Below are positions 1 to 13,611 of a DNA stretch of 64,000 nucleotides, one piece after another. A model generated the notes under the pieces. It was given only the letters and a program-made list of their open reading frames with translations. It made no database searches and had not been told where the DNA came from. Numbering within the stretch: the stretch's first letter is position 1; every line of letters starts with the position of its first letter. The translations under genes were made by a program, and so were the position numbers. Source of the DNA: the human T2T-CHM13v2.0 reference genome, Homo sapiens; assembly GCF_009914755.1 (NCBI RefSeq), contig NC_060930.1; one strand, given 5' to 3'.

Positions 1-270
1 GCCAGGGGAACAGGGTCTGGAGGCAGGGAAACTAAGGCCGTTTCATGTTGACATCCGAATGGAACTAAACTGAAAGGAAAACTCAAACTTCCTATGCCTA
101 AGTAGCAGAAGGATCAAAGACTACTCCCTTTGTAACCCGCCCCCCATTTTCTGCGTGGTAAATGTGAAATTCAAAGTACCTCTGATTGGTTGTTTTTTGC
201 AACCAGTCAGATATTTGCATAGGAGTGTAGCTTTGTAACTTCATTTCGGTCTCTGATTGGTTGCGGAATT
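1..270 (+). mobile_element. MER51-family LTR fragment (ERV1), truncated by window edge
   Basis: Opening 'gggtctggaggcagggaaactaaggccg...gaactaaa...aaaggaaaac' and repeated 'tctgattggttg' resemble the recalled MER51 consensus; right boundary approximate. Confidence 0.6.
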
Positions 271-496
271 GTTTTCCTCAAAATTTCTACAGCCTAGCGA
301 TAAAAATCCTAGAAAAGCAAAATAAGCACAAACCAAGGTGGCATAACCTTGTAAGACTTAATGAATAAATAACGAGTTTCTTTACCCATGGTTTAGAGAA
401 AGCAGACTCTTGAGAATGTTGCAAATAGAATAAGTGTTTGCTAACATATCTATAATTTTAATATAAAATAAATAGGTGAACAATAGAGAACACAAT

Positions 497-1470
497 TGTG
501 GGGAAAAGAAAGAGAGATCAGATTGTTACTGTGTCTGTGTAGAAAGAAGTAGACATAAGAGACTCCATATTGTTCCGTACTAAGAAAAATTCTTCTGCCT
601 TGAGATGCTGTTAATCTGTAACCCTACCCCCAACCCTGTGCTCCCTAAGACATGTGCTGTGTCAACTCAGGGTTAAATGGATTAAGGGCTGTGCAGGGTG
701 TGCCTTGTTAAACAAATGCTTGAAGGCAGCATGCTTGTTGAGAGTCATCACCACTCCCTAATCTCAAGTACCCAGAGACACAAAACACTTCAGAAGGCCG
801 CAGGGACCTCTGCCTAGGAAAGCCAGATATTGTCCAAGGTTTCTCCCCATGTGATAGTCTGAAATATGGCCTCGTGGGAAGGGAAAGACCTGACCGTCCC
901 CCAGCCTGACACCCGTAAAGGGTCTGTGCTGAGGAGGATTAGTGAAAGAGGAAGGAACTCCTCTTTGCAGTTGAGATAAGAGGAAGGCATCTGTCTCCTG
1001 CTCGTCCCTGGGCAATGGAATGTCTCAGTGTAAAGCCCGATTGTATATTCCGTCTGCTGAGATGGGGGAAAACCGCCATAGGGCTGGAGGTGGGACATGC
1101 TGGCAGCAATACTGCTCTTTAAGGCATTGAGATGTTTATGTATATGCACATCAAAAGCACAACACTTTTTTCTTTACCTTGTTTATGATGCAGAGACATT
1201 TGTTCATGTGTTTACCTGCTGATCTTCTCTCCACTATTATCCTATTGTCCTGCCATATCCCCCTCTCCGGGAAACGCCCGATAATGATCAATAAATACTA
1301 AGGGAACTCAGAGGCCCGTGCCGGCGTGGGTCCTCCGTATGCTGAACGCCGGTCCCCTGGGCCCATTTTTCTTTCTCTATACTTTGTCTCTGTGTCTCTT
1401 TCTTTTCCAAGTCTCTCGTTCTACCCGATGAGGAACGCCCACAGGTGTGGAGGGGCAACCCATCCCTTCA
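497..1470 (+). mobile_element. HERV-K (HML-2) solo LTR, LTR5A/B type
   Basis: 974 bp, TG...CA: starts TGTGGGGAAAAGAAAGAGAGATCAG, ends GGGGCAACCCATCCCTTCA, internal AATAAATA box; flanks cacaat / tacact are an imperfect TSD. Confidence 0.93.
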
Positions 1471-1519
1471 TACACTCAAACTCAGACAAGTATGGAATGA
1501 AAAGCAAAAGTAAGTCCAT

Positions 1520-2734
1520 ATCCTCCCATGTAACAAGACCATTTTTAAAGCAGTTTCAAGTGTACAAAAAACTTTCAAGAAAGTTTAGGGAGTTCCCACA
1601 TACCTCCTTCCCTAAAACAGCCCTCTGTTCAGTTTCTTCTATTATTAACATCCTGCATTAGTGTGGCACACTAGTATTAATGAACCAATACTGATACTTA
1701 TTGTTAACTAAGGTTCATAGTTATATTAGAGTTCACTCTATTACACAGTTCTATGGGTTCTGATAAATACATAATGTCATGTGTTTACCATTAAAGTGAA
1801 ACCAATGCAATAGTCCCATAGATAATTATTTGGATAAACATAGAAATTATTGTATGGTAAGTGTGTGTTTAGCTTTGTAAGAAACAGCGAGTGTCTTCCA
1901 AAGTGGCTATACTGTTTTGCATTCCCAACAGCAATGAATCAGAGTCCCCATTGTTCTATATCCTTGCCAACATTTGGTTTTGTGAGAGTTTTGGATTTTG
2001 GCCAGGAAAAAAAAAGCTTTTTAAAAATTTTTACTTGAAAATCATTATAGATTCACAGGAAATTGGCAAAGACAGTACAAAGGACGTATGCATACCCTTT
2101 CACGGAGCTTTTCCAAATGTTTATGTTAAGCAGCTCTAGCACAGTAGCAAAACCAGGAAACTGACTTCGATATGATATGTGTTCATAGTTCTATGCCTGT
2201 GTCTTATCATATTTGCAGATTTATGTATCCACCACGCAATCCAGTGGAGAGCTATTCCATTCCACAGAGATCTCCCCTCATGTTGCTTTTTAGAGTCACA
2301 CACTAATCCCTACACATCATCACCCTGACAACTACTAGTCTCTTCTCCACCAATCTCTATAATAGCGTCACTTTGAAAATGTTACATAAATAGAATCACA
2401 CAGTATGTGACTTTTGTGACTGGCATTTTCCCCACAGCATAATGTCCTTGAGATCCATCCAAGTTGTTGCATGTATCAACAATTTTTTTTTTTTATTGCT
2501 AAGGAATACTCCATCAGATGAATGCACTGCAGTTTAACTATTTGCCTGTTGAGGGACATTTGGCTGTTTCTAGTTTTGGGGTTATTACAAATAAAGCTGT
2601 TGTGAACATTTGTGTAAGATTTTTGTGTGAATATGTGTTTTTATTTCTCTGATATAAATGTCTCAGAATGTTATTCCTGACTCATATGGCAAATATATGT
2701 GTAGTTCTTCAAGACACTGCCAAACAACTTTCTA
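1520..2734 (-). mobile_element. Old L1 (L1M-type) 3'-end fragments
   Basis: Antisense L1 3'UTR phrases ('tccaaagtggctatactgttttgcattccc', 'gttattacaaataaagctgttgtgaacattt'); continues on the far side of the HERV9 insertion at 8176. Confidence 0.7.
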
Positions 2735-2738
2735 GAAG

Positions 2739-3282
2739 TGAGAGGTGAAGCCAGCTGGGCTTCTGAGTTGGGTAGGGACTTGGAGAACTTTTGTGTCTAG
2801 CTAAAGGATTGTAAACACACCAATCAGCACTCTGTAAAAACGCACCAATCAGCACTCTGTAAAATGGACCAATCAGCTCTCTGTAAAATGGACCAATCAG
2901 CAGGATGTGGGTGGGGCCAAATAAGGGAATAAAAGCTGGCCACTCGAGCCAGCACCAGCATCTGGCTTGGGTCGCCTTCTATGCTGTGGAAGCTTTGTTC
3001 TTTTGCTCTTCATGATAAATCTTGCTGCTGCTCGCTGTTTGGGTCTGCACTACCTTTATGAGCTGTAACATGCACCACAAGGGTCTACAGCTTCATTCCT
3101 GAAGTCAGCGAGACGATGAACCCATCAGAAGGAAGAAACTCCAGACACATCTGAACATTGGAAGGAAGAAACTCCGGACACACCATCTTTAAGAGCTGTA
3201 ACACTCACTGCGAAGGTCTGTGGCTTCATTCTTGAAATCAGCAAGACCAAGAACCCACGAGAAGGAATAAATTCTGGACACA
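2739..3282 (+). mobile_element. LTR12 5' LTR
   Basis: TGAGAGGTGAAGCCAGCTGGG start, U3 repeats 'accaatcagcactctgtaaaa', U5 repeats 'gaaggaagaaactcc', end GGACACA; 544 bp. Confidence 0.92.
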
Positions 3283-3284
3283 TT

Positions 3285-3350
3285 TGGCAACCCAGATGGG
3301 ACACATTTTGGCGACCACAAAGGGACACATTTTGGCACCCCACATGGGAC
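3285..3350 (+). promoter_or_regulatory. Three tandem tRNA-Arg primer-binding sites
   Basis: 18-mers TGGCAACCCAGATGGGAC (3285-3302), TGGCGACCACAAAGGGAC (3309-3326), TGGCACCCCACATGGGAC (3333-3350), spaced by ACATTT, right after the LTR end. Confidence 0.85.
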
Positions 3351-4582
3351 AGTCACCTATCGCCAAGCTGTGAGTACCTTCAGACCCCTTTCACTTGCTA
3401 TTCTGCCCTATTTTTCCTTAGAATTTGGGGGCTAAATACCAGGCACCTGTTGGCCAGTTAAAAGTGACTAGTGTGGCCACTGGACTAAAGACACGGGTAT
3501 CAGGCTTTCTGGGAAAGGGCTCTCTAACAACCCTTGACTATTTGGAGTTGGGAGCATTGGTTTGCATGGAACCAACTTCTGCTTTTCCTGTACTTATGGG
3601 CTGAGCCAAAGGTCAACAGAGAGGAAAGCCATTCAGCTCAGGGGTCCCAACAACAAGTTGGTCGACGCTGCAGCCATGAGCAGAACTCTCAAAGTTACTT
3701 GCCTGAGTGAGACTCGCCTGTCTATCCTATCTATCCTGACCCTTGCCCATGGGTCCTAATGCCTGTCAGACAAACTTCCTCTTGCCTCTCTTCTCTGAGG
3801 TGAGTCCTGCTTCTAAAAACCACTCCCTGTTTCTGGAATTTCTAGTTTCTCCTATAAGAATTATTTCTAGTACAAACTCCAGGACTCTATTCCCTTCTTT
3901 AGGCACTCAGGCTCATCAATCAGAAAGACATAATTTTTGCCCAAAACCTCATTGGGTGGGGAGACCAACTATCCTTTTAGGATTCTTCCTCAGACTAACA
4001 GGCTTAACAAAAGCTATTCCTGAAGCTAGGATATGGGGAGCTTCAGAAATGATATCCTTTGTATTCGAGTGAGGACAAAAGGCATCACTCTTCCAACCCT
4101 GGAGATCTCTTCTCTCCCTCAGGGTGTGGCCCTCCATTTCATTTTTGGGGCATAACATCTTTATAGGACAGAGGTAAAGTCTCAGTGTTAACAGGAGAAT
4201 GCTTAGGACTCTAACAAGTTTTCGATCAGTGCATCAGTAAGGGCCACTAAATCCTATTTTTCTTGGTCCTCTTTGTGATCTAGGAGGACAGGCAAGGGTG
4301 AAGTTTTTCGAGAATGCGTCTGTAAGGGCCACTAAATCTGACCTTCCTCAGTCCTCCTTGTGGTCTAGGAGGAAAACTAGTGTTTCTGCTGCTGCGTTGG
4401 TGAGTGCAACTATTCCAATCAGCAGGGTCCAGGGACCGCTGCAGGATCTTGGGCAAGAGGTATTTCTGCTCCTGCATTGGTGAGTGCAACTATTCCGATC
4501 AGTGGTTCCAGGGACCATTGCAGGTTCTTGGGCAAGAGGGAGAAACAAACAAACCAAAACCATGGATGGTTTTGTCTTTCAG

Positions 4583-5845
4583 ATGAGAAACACTCAGGCA
4601 CCAACATACTCACCCTTGAAATGCATCCTAAGCCATTGGGACCAATTTGACCCACTAACCCTGAAAAAGAGGTGGCTCATTTTTTTCTGCACTACAGCTT
4701 GGCCCCAATATTCACTCTCTGATGGGGAGAAATGGCCACCTGAGGGAAGTATAAATCACAATACTATCCTACAGCTTGACCTTTTCTGTAAGAGGGAAGG
4801 CAAATGGAGTGAAATACCTTATGGTATGGGGTTATGTCCCCTTCAAGCTGTAAGGGGAGGGGAATTTGGCCCAGCCCAGGTACATGTCCCCTTCTCACTC
4901 TCTGATTTAAAGCAGATCAAGGCAAGGCAGACCTGGGAAGTTTTCAGATGATCCTGATAGGTACATAGATGTCCTACAGGGTCTAGGGCAAACGTTCAAT
5001 CTCACTTGGAGAGATGTCATGCTATTGTTAGGTCAAACCCCGGCCTTTAATGAAAAGAATGAGGCTTTAGCTACAGCCCAAGAGTTTGGAGATACCTGGT
5101 ATCTTAGTTAAGTAAATGATAGAATGACAGCTGAAGAAAGGGACAAATTCCCTACCGGTTGGCAAGCCATCCCCAGTATGGATCCCCACTGGGACCTTGA
5201 CTCAGATCATGGGGACTGAAGTCATAAACATCTGCTGACCTGTGTTCTAGAAGGACTAAGGAGAATTAGGAAAAAGTCCATGAATTATTCAATGATGTCT
5301 ACCATAACTCAGGAAAAGAAAGAGAATCCTTCTCCTTTCCTTGAGCGGCTATGGGAGGGCTTAAGAAAATATACTCCCCTGTCACCCAACTCAACTCACT
5401 AGAGGGTCAATTGATCCTAAAACATAAGTTTATTACCCAGTCAGCCACAGATATCAGGAGAGAGCTCCAAAAAGCGAGCCCTGGGCCCTGAATAAAATCT
5501 AGAGGCATTATTAAACCTGGCAACCTCGGTGTTCTATAATAGGGACCAAGAGGAACAGGCCCAAAAGGAAAAGTGAGATCAGAGAAAAGCCACAGCCTTA
5601 GTCATGGCCCTCAGACAAATAGAACTTGGTGGTTCAGAGAGAACAAAAAATGGAGCAGGCTAATCACCCAGTAGGGCTTGTTATCAGTGTGGTTTACAAG
5701 GACACTTTAAAGAAGATTGTCCAATGAGAAACAAGCGGCCCCCTTGCCCATGTCCACTATGCTGAGGCAATCACTAGAAGGTGCACTGCCCCAGAGGACA
5801 AAGGTTCTCTGGGCCAGAAGCCCCCAACCAGATGATCCAACAATA
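4583..5845 (+). pseudogene. HERV9 gag remnant (MA, CA, NC zinc knuckle), disrupted
   Basis: [43 protein letters not shown]...WPPEGSIN; CYQCGLQGHFKEDC knuckle near 5678-5720; multiple stops and frameshifts. Confidence 0.85.
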
Positions 5846-5867
5846 GGACTGAGGATGCCTGGGGCAA

Positions 5868-6300
5868 GTGCCAGCTCATGTCATCACCCTCACTGAGCCC
5901 CGGGTATGTTTAACCATTGAAGGCCATGAAATTGGCTTCCTCCTGGACACTGGCACAGCTTTCTCAGTGTTAATCTCTGGTCCTGGACAGCTGTCTACCA
6001 TCCAAGGAATCCTGGGATGGCCTATAATAAGGTATTTCTCCCACCTCCTTGGTTGTAATTGGGAGACTTTGCTCTTTTCACATGCCTTTCTTGTTATGCC
6101 TGAAAGTCCCATACCATTTTAGGGAGGGACATATTAGCCAAAGCTGGAGCCATTATCTACATGAATATGGGGAACAAGTTACGCATTTGTAGCCTCCTGC
6201 TTGAGGAGGGAATCAACCCTGAAGTCTGGGCACTGGAAGAACAATTCAGAAGGGCAAAAAATGCCCGCCTAGTCCAAATCAGGCTAAAAGCCCCCAACAC
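5868..6300 (+). pseudogene. HERV9 protease and start of RT, truncated
   Basis: FLLDTGTAFSVL active-site motif, HAFLVMPESP, INPEVWA; sequence jumps to env near 6300, so most of RT/RNaseH/IN is missing. Confidence 0.85.
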
Positions 6301-7330
6301 TAATGAATGCCTTCTCATCCCCTCTTTCAATCACTCTCTCAAATGGTTCCTAGTAGATACAAAACTTTTTTTCTCCAATGAGAAAATAGAACACAGGGAG
6401 CCACTCAGTTTGCTCCCAGCACCCCTTTCCAGCCACTCACCGGAGCTACACTGGCAAGTACTCTAGGAGTATGGGAAAATGAAAACAACAAACTCACACA
6501 CATTTCCACATACACAACCAGTTCTGTCTATCCAGCCAAGGTATATTCTTCTTATGTGGAATGTCAACCTATATCTGCCTCCCCAATATTTGGACAGGCA
6601 TCTACACCTTAGTCTTTCTAAGACCCAACATTAACATTGCCCCAGGAAATCAGACCCTATCAGTACCCCTCAAAGCTCAAGTTCATCAGCACAGAGCCAT
6701 ACAACTAGTACCCCTACTTATAGGGTTAGGAATGGCTACTGCTAGAGGAACCAGAGTAGCCAGTTTATCTACTTCATTATCCTACTACCACACACTCTCA
6801 AAGGATTTCTCAGACAGTTTGCAAGAAATAACGAAATCTATCCTTACTCTACAATACTCCCAAATAGACTCTTTGGCAGCAGTGACTCTTCAAAACCACC
6901 GAGGCCTAGACCTCTTCACTGCTGAGAAAGGAGAACTCTGCACTTTCTTAGGGGAAGAATATTGTTTTTACACTAACCAGTCAGGGATAGTACAAGATGC
7001 CACCCAGTGTTTACAGGAAAAGTCTTGTGAAATCAGACAATGCCTTTGAAACTCTTATACCAACCTCTGGAGTTGGGCAACATGGCTTCTCCCCTTTCTA
7101 GGTCCTGTGACAGCCATCTTACTATTACTCGCCTTCAGGCCCTGTATTTTTAACCTCCTTGTCAAATTTGTTTCCTCTAGGATCGAGGCCATCAAGCTAC
7201 AGATGGTCTTACAAAGGGACCCCAAATGAGCTCAACTAACAACTTCTACCAAGAACCCCTGGACTGAGCCACTGACCCTTTCACTGGCCTAAAGAGTTCC
7301 CTTCTGGAGGACACTACAACTGCAGGGCCC
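6300..7330 (+). pseudogene. HERV9 env remnant (SU C-terminus and TM)
   Basis: Degenerate cleavage site HQHR/AIQLVPLLIGLG fusion peptide, immunosuppressive domain LQNHRGLDLFTAEKGELC, CTFLGEEYCF; premature stop at 7049. Confidence 0.85.
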
Positions 7331-7419
7331 CTTCTTCACCCCTATCCAGCAGGAAGTAGCTAGAGAGGTCATCGCCCAATACCCAACAGCCGTTGGGGTG
7401 TCCTGTTTAGAGTGGGGAT

Positions 7420-8171
7420 TGAGAGTTGAAGACCGCTGGGCTTCTGGGTCAGGTGGGGACTTGGAGAACTTTTCTGTTTAGCTAGAGGATTATAAATACA
7501 TCAATCAGCACTCTGTGTCTAGCTAAAGGACTGTAAATGCACCAATCAGCACTGTGTAAAAACACACCAATCAGCACTCCGTGTCTAGCTAAAGGATTGT
7601 AAACACACCAATCAGCGCTCTGTAAAAAGGATCCATCAGCACACTGTAAAATTGACCAATCAATACTCTGTAAAATGGACCAATCAGCAGGATGTGGGCA
7701 GGGCCAAATAAGGAAATAAACGCTGGCCCCCCCAAACCAGCAGTGGCAGCCGCTCAGATCCCCTTCCAAGCTGTAGAAGCTTTGTTCTTTTGCTCTTCAC
7801 AATAAATTTTGCTGCTGCTCACTCTTTGGGTCCGGACTACCTTTATGAACTGTAATACTCACTGCGAGAGTCTGTGGCTTCATTCCTGAAGTCAGCGAGA
7901 CCACAAACCCATCGGGAGGAACTAACAACTCCGGACGTGCCACTTTAAGAGTTGTAACGCTCACTGCGAAGGTCTGCGACTTCACTCCTGAAGTCAGCGA
8001 GACCACAAATCCACCGGAAGGAAGAAACTCTGGATACATCTGAACATCTGAAGGAAAAAACTCCGGACACACCATCTTTAAGAGCTGTAACATTCACCGC
8101 GAAGGTCCGTGGCTTCATTCTGGAAGTCAGCAAGACCAAGAACCCACCGGAAGGAATAAATTCCAGACACA
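7420..8171 (+). mobile_element. LTR12 3' LTR
   Basis: TGAGAGTTGAAG start after the PPT, more U3 and U5 repeat units than the 5' LTR, ends CAGACACA followed by TSD GAAG; 752 bp. Confidence 0.92.
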
Positions 8172-8433
8172 GAAGGATAGTCCCATTTTACATTCTCGCC
8201 ATCAGTGTATGAGAAATTCAGTTCTTCTGCATTCTCAGCAGCATTTACCATTGTCATATTTTTTAGAGATTTTAGCTGTATTAAGAGTTGTGTGGTACTA
8301 TTAGATCAAGTTCTTAATTTGCATTTCCCTGATGGCTAGTGATTTGCATGTCATTCATTGTGCTTATTTGCCATGTACATGTATCCTCTTTGATAAAATG
8401 TCTCTTCATATCTTTTGCCCATTTTGTAATTAA

Positions 8434-8733
<300 letters not shown>

Positions 8734-10661
8734 ACAATTAAATGTTATAGTCTGCACTCTGCTATATATTTTATAGAAGAGCTTTTATAGTTGATTATAT
8801 ATTTTCGACAATGTATTCTTGGTAATATATGTGTTTTAAATATTTTCTCCGTATCTCTAACTTACTTTTCATTTCTTAACAGGATACTTTACAGAACAAA
8901 AGTTTTAAACTCTGAAGAAGCCTTATTTATTGTTTTTTTTGTTTGTTTGTTTTTGTCTTTTTGTTTTTTACACGTAGTGCTTTTGATGTCATGTCTGAGA
9001 ACTCAGAATTCAGACAGCAGGCCCTAGGTTCTGATGATTTTCTCGTGTTTTCTTCTAAACGTTTTACATGTAGACATGATTTCATTGGGGTAAATGTTTT
9101 CATACGGTGTGAGAATTTGTTATTTCTTTCTTGCTTCTGTTTTGTTTTTTGTTTGGTTTTGTTTTTGTCTATGAATTTCCACTTTCTCCTGGACCATTGT
9201 TTGAAAAGACTGTAGCCTATATTACCTCCATTGAATTATTTTGCACCTTTGTCAAAATGAGTTCGCATATGTGTATTTCTGGATTCTCTATGCTGCTCCA
9301 CCAATCTATGTCTATCCCTGCACTAATGTCGATCAGTATTGATTACTATAGCTATAAAAATTCTGAAATTTGGTAATAGTTATTTCATCTCTTTCCCTGT
9401 GAAATTTTTTTTTACCTATGCTAGTTCCCTTGGTTCTCCATATGCATTTTATAATAACTTTGTCTACAACTATTACAAATCTTGCTGGAATTTAGGGAGA
9501 AATTGTGTTAAACCTCGATATCAAATTGAGGAGAATTGACATCTTTACTATATTTAGTTTTCTAGTTTATGAACACAGTAAATCTCTTCATTTCTTCAGA
9601 TTTTTTTATTTATCAGCATTTCAGCATATGGATTGTGTACATGTTCTGTTGGTATACTTATGAGGTTTTTTGAATGAAAATAATTCATGTTGTATTTTTA
9701 GTATTTGTTTTGATTTCTTTATTACTGTATATTCAAATAAAATTGATTTTTTTTGTTGATCTTGAATTCTGTGACCTTGCGAATTTCCTTAGTAGCTGAA
9801 GCAGAAGAGGAAAAGCACTCAGACTTTCACTATTAAGTATAATTTAGCCGCAACGTTTTTGTAGAAGTTATTTATCCAGTTGAGGAGGTCATCCTCAGTT
9901 CCTACTATTTTGAGGGGTTTTTTTAAATCATAAATTAATGTTGAATTATGTCAAAGGCCTTTTCTATGTCAATTGATATAACCATGCGATGTTTCTTCTT
10001 TAGCTTCTTAATAAGAAGGATGACACTGATTGATTTCAAACATAAACCAGACTTGCGTCCCTAAAATAAACGCTACTTGGCATACTTTACATATATTTTT
10101 AGTTTGGCAGATTTTTTACTTGCTAACATTTTGTTAGGGAGTTTTGCATGTATAGTCATGCAGGTATATTGCTTTTTAATTTTCTTTTGCTGTACTGTTT
10201 TTGTGTGCTTTTTATTTTAGGAAATGCTGGCCTCATAAAGTAAGTTGGGATGTCTTCCCCTCTCTTCTGTTTTCTGGAGGAAATTTTGCAGAGTTGTGTT
10301 AATTCTACTGAAATGTTTGGTAGATTTCTCCTGTAAAACTATTCTAACCTAGAGATTTCTCCTATAAGTTCAGTTCTTTTTATAATTACAGAGCTTTTCA
10401 ATTTATCTATTTCATATTGAGTTAATTGTAATAGTGTGTACTTCTGTACTTTTAAAGGATTCTTTTCCATTTCACCTAAGTGTTTTTGGTGTATTCCTTT
10501 GGTGTACTATTGATGTCGAAGAATCTGTAGTGATATAATATGTTTCAACCCCAATATTGGTGTTTTTTCTCCTTTTTCCTTTTATTTTGTCCTAGAAATT
10601 TGTCAGTTCTATTAATATTTTCTAAGAACAAACTTTTTTTCCACTAATTTTGTCTCTGCCT

Positions 10662-10960
<299 letters not shown>

Positions 10961-11199
10961 TTTATATCAGTTTTTTTTTTCTCCTTCTTCTTCTTGCTTT
11001 AGGTTATTTTTGACAATTTTCCAGATTTTTGAGGTGGGAACTGAGATTATTGGTTTCTGAGGTTTTCTCTTTTTCAGTGTATACATTTTGTACTATGCAT
11101 AGTAGTTCAAATTACTCCTTTAGCTATGTGCCAAACATTTTGATATGTTGTATTTTCATTATCACTTAGTTGAACATACTTTTTATTTTCTTAAGACAT

Positions 11200-12015
<816 letters not shown>

Positions 12016-13297
12016 AAGACATTTTTTGATCCAAGGGTAATTTAAATGTATGTTACTAAGTTTCCATGTGTTTGGAGTTATACTGATTTTCTTCATGTTA
12101 CTGATTTCTGGTTCAGCTCCGTTGCTTCCAGGGAGCACAGTCTGTATGATTTCAATTCTTTACATTTGTTGAGGTTCCTTTTATGGTCCAGGGTATGAGA
12201 GATGTTGGTAAATATTCCATGGACAGTTAAAAAATGTGTATTCTTCTGTCTGGTGTGGTGGTCTGCCAATGTCCATTAGATCTTATTGGTGGATAGTTTT
12301 GTTGGGTTTCATTATCTTGCTGAGTTTTTATCCAGTTGTTTTATTAACTTTTCAGAGTTGGTTTGTGGAGTCCCAAAGTTTAACTGTGTATTTGTCTATT
12401 TCTCCTTCCAGTTCTGACCATTTTTTGCTCTACTTATAAGTAACTTAGTTGTATGGTGTACATACTTTTAGAGTTGCTATGTCTTCTTTCTGAATTAACA
12501 TTTTTATGATTATGTAGTGTTTCTGTTTGTCTCTCAGAATATTCTTTGCTCTGTGCATTTTATGTTATCTGATATTATAGCCATTTCTGCTTTCTTTGAC
12601 AAAAGTAAGTACGATTTTTTTTTTCCATTCTTCTATTTCAGGCTTCCACTCTTGTAATATTTGTGGTAAGTTTCTCATAGGTAGCATATCAGCGGGTCAT
12701 TATGTTTCACTCTGACATTTGTCTTTTTAGACAATTTACATGTCATGCAATTATTAATATGTGAGCTCTCATGACTGCCATTTGGTTTTTGTTTCTTCTG
12801 GTTTTTGCTTCTCTGTTTTCTTTCCCTGTTTTTCGATGTGTCCCTTAAGCAATATTTAGAATTCCATTTTTTAATCAATCACTTTTTGGTGTATCACATT
12901 GTAGAGTTTTTGTGTTTTATCTATCTATTAACGTAACTTACAGTCTACTTGTGCTGAGATTTTTTCAATTTGACTACAGTGTAAAAACTTTACCTTTTTA
13001 TCCCTTTCGCTCCTGCATTTATAATATATATTTTTTATTTTCTCTACTTGCATCAAAACCCAGATCTGACAATGTCGTAATTTTTGCCTCAACCATCAAA
13101 CTAATTTATAAAACTGAAGAAGAGAAGTCTGTTGTATTGACCCATATCTTTACTCATTCTAGTTTCTTTTTTTCCTGATTGTCCAAGATTTCTTCCCTTA
13201 CCATTTCTATTCCAGTTCAAGCACTTCCTTTACCCTTGTTTTAGGATAAGTCTGCTAGCATCAAATTCTCTTGATTTTCCTTCCTCTAAGAATGTCA

Positions 13298-13611
<314 letters not shown>

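Larger units (their letters stand above)
2739..8171 (+). mobile_element. HERV9 (ERV9) provirus with internal deletions: 5'LTR-PBS-gag-pro-(delta pol)-env TM-PPT-3'LTR
   Basis: Two LTR12 copies (TGAGAG...GACACA) flanked by a perfect 4-bp TSD GAAG (2735-2738, 8172-8175); gag, protease and env TM motifs inside; PPT 'agagtggggat' before the 3' LTR. Confidence 0.93.

Noticed and set aside
3276-3350. CRISPR-like repeat-spacer array
   Set aside because: Human retroviral context with no cas genes; the units are primer-binding sites.
6561-7049. Env TM ORF as a captured syncytin-like gene
   Set aside because: No signal peptide or SU N-terminus, degraded furin site and CX6CC motif, stop before the membrane anchor.
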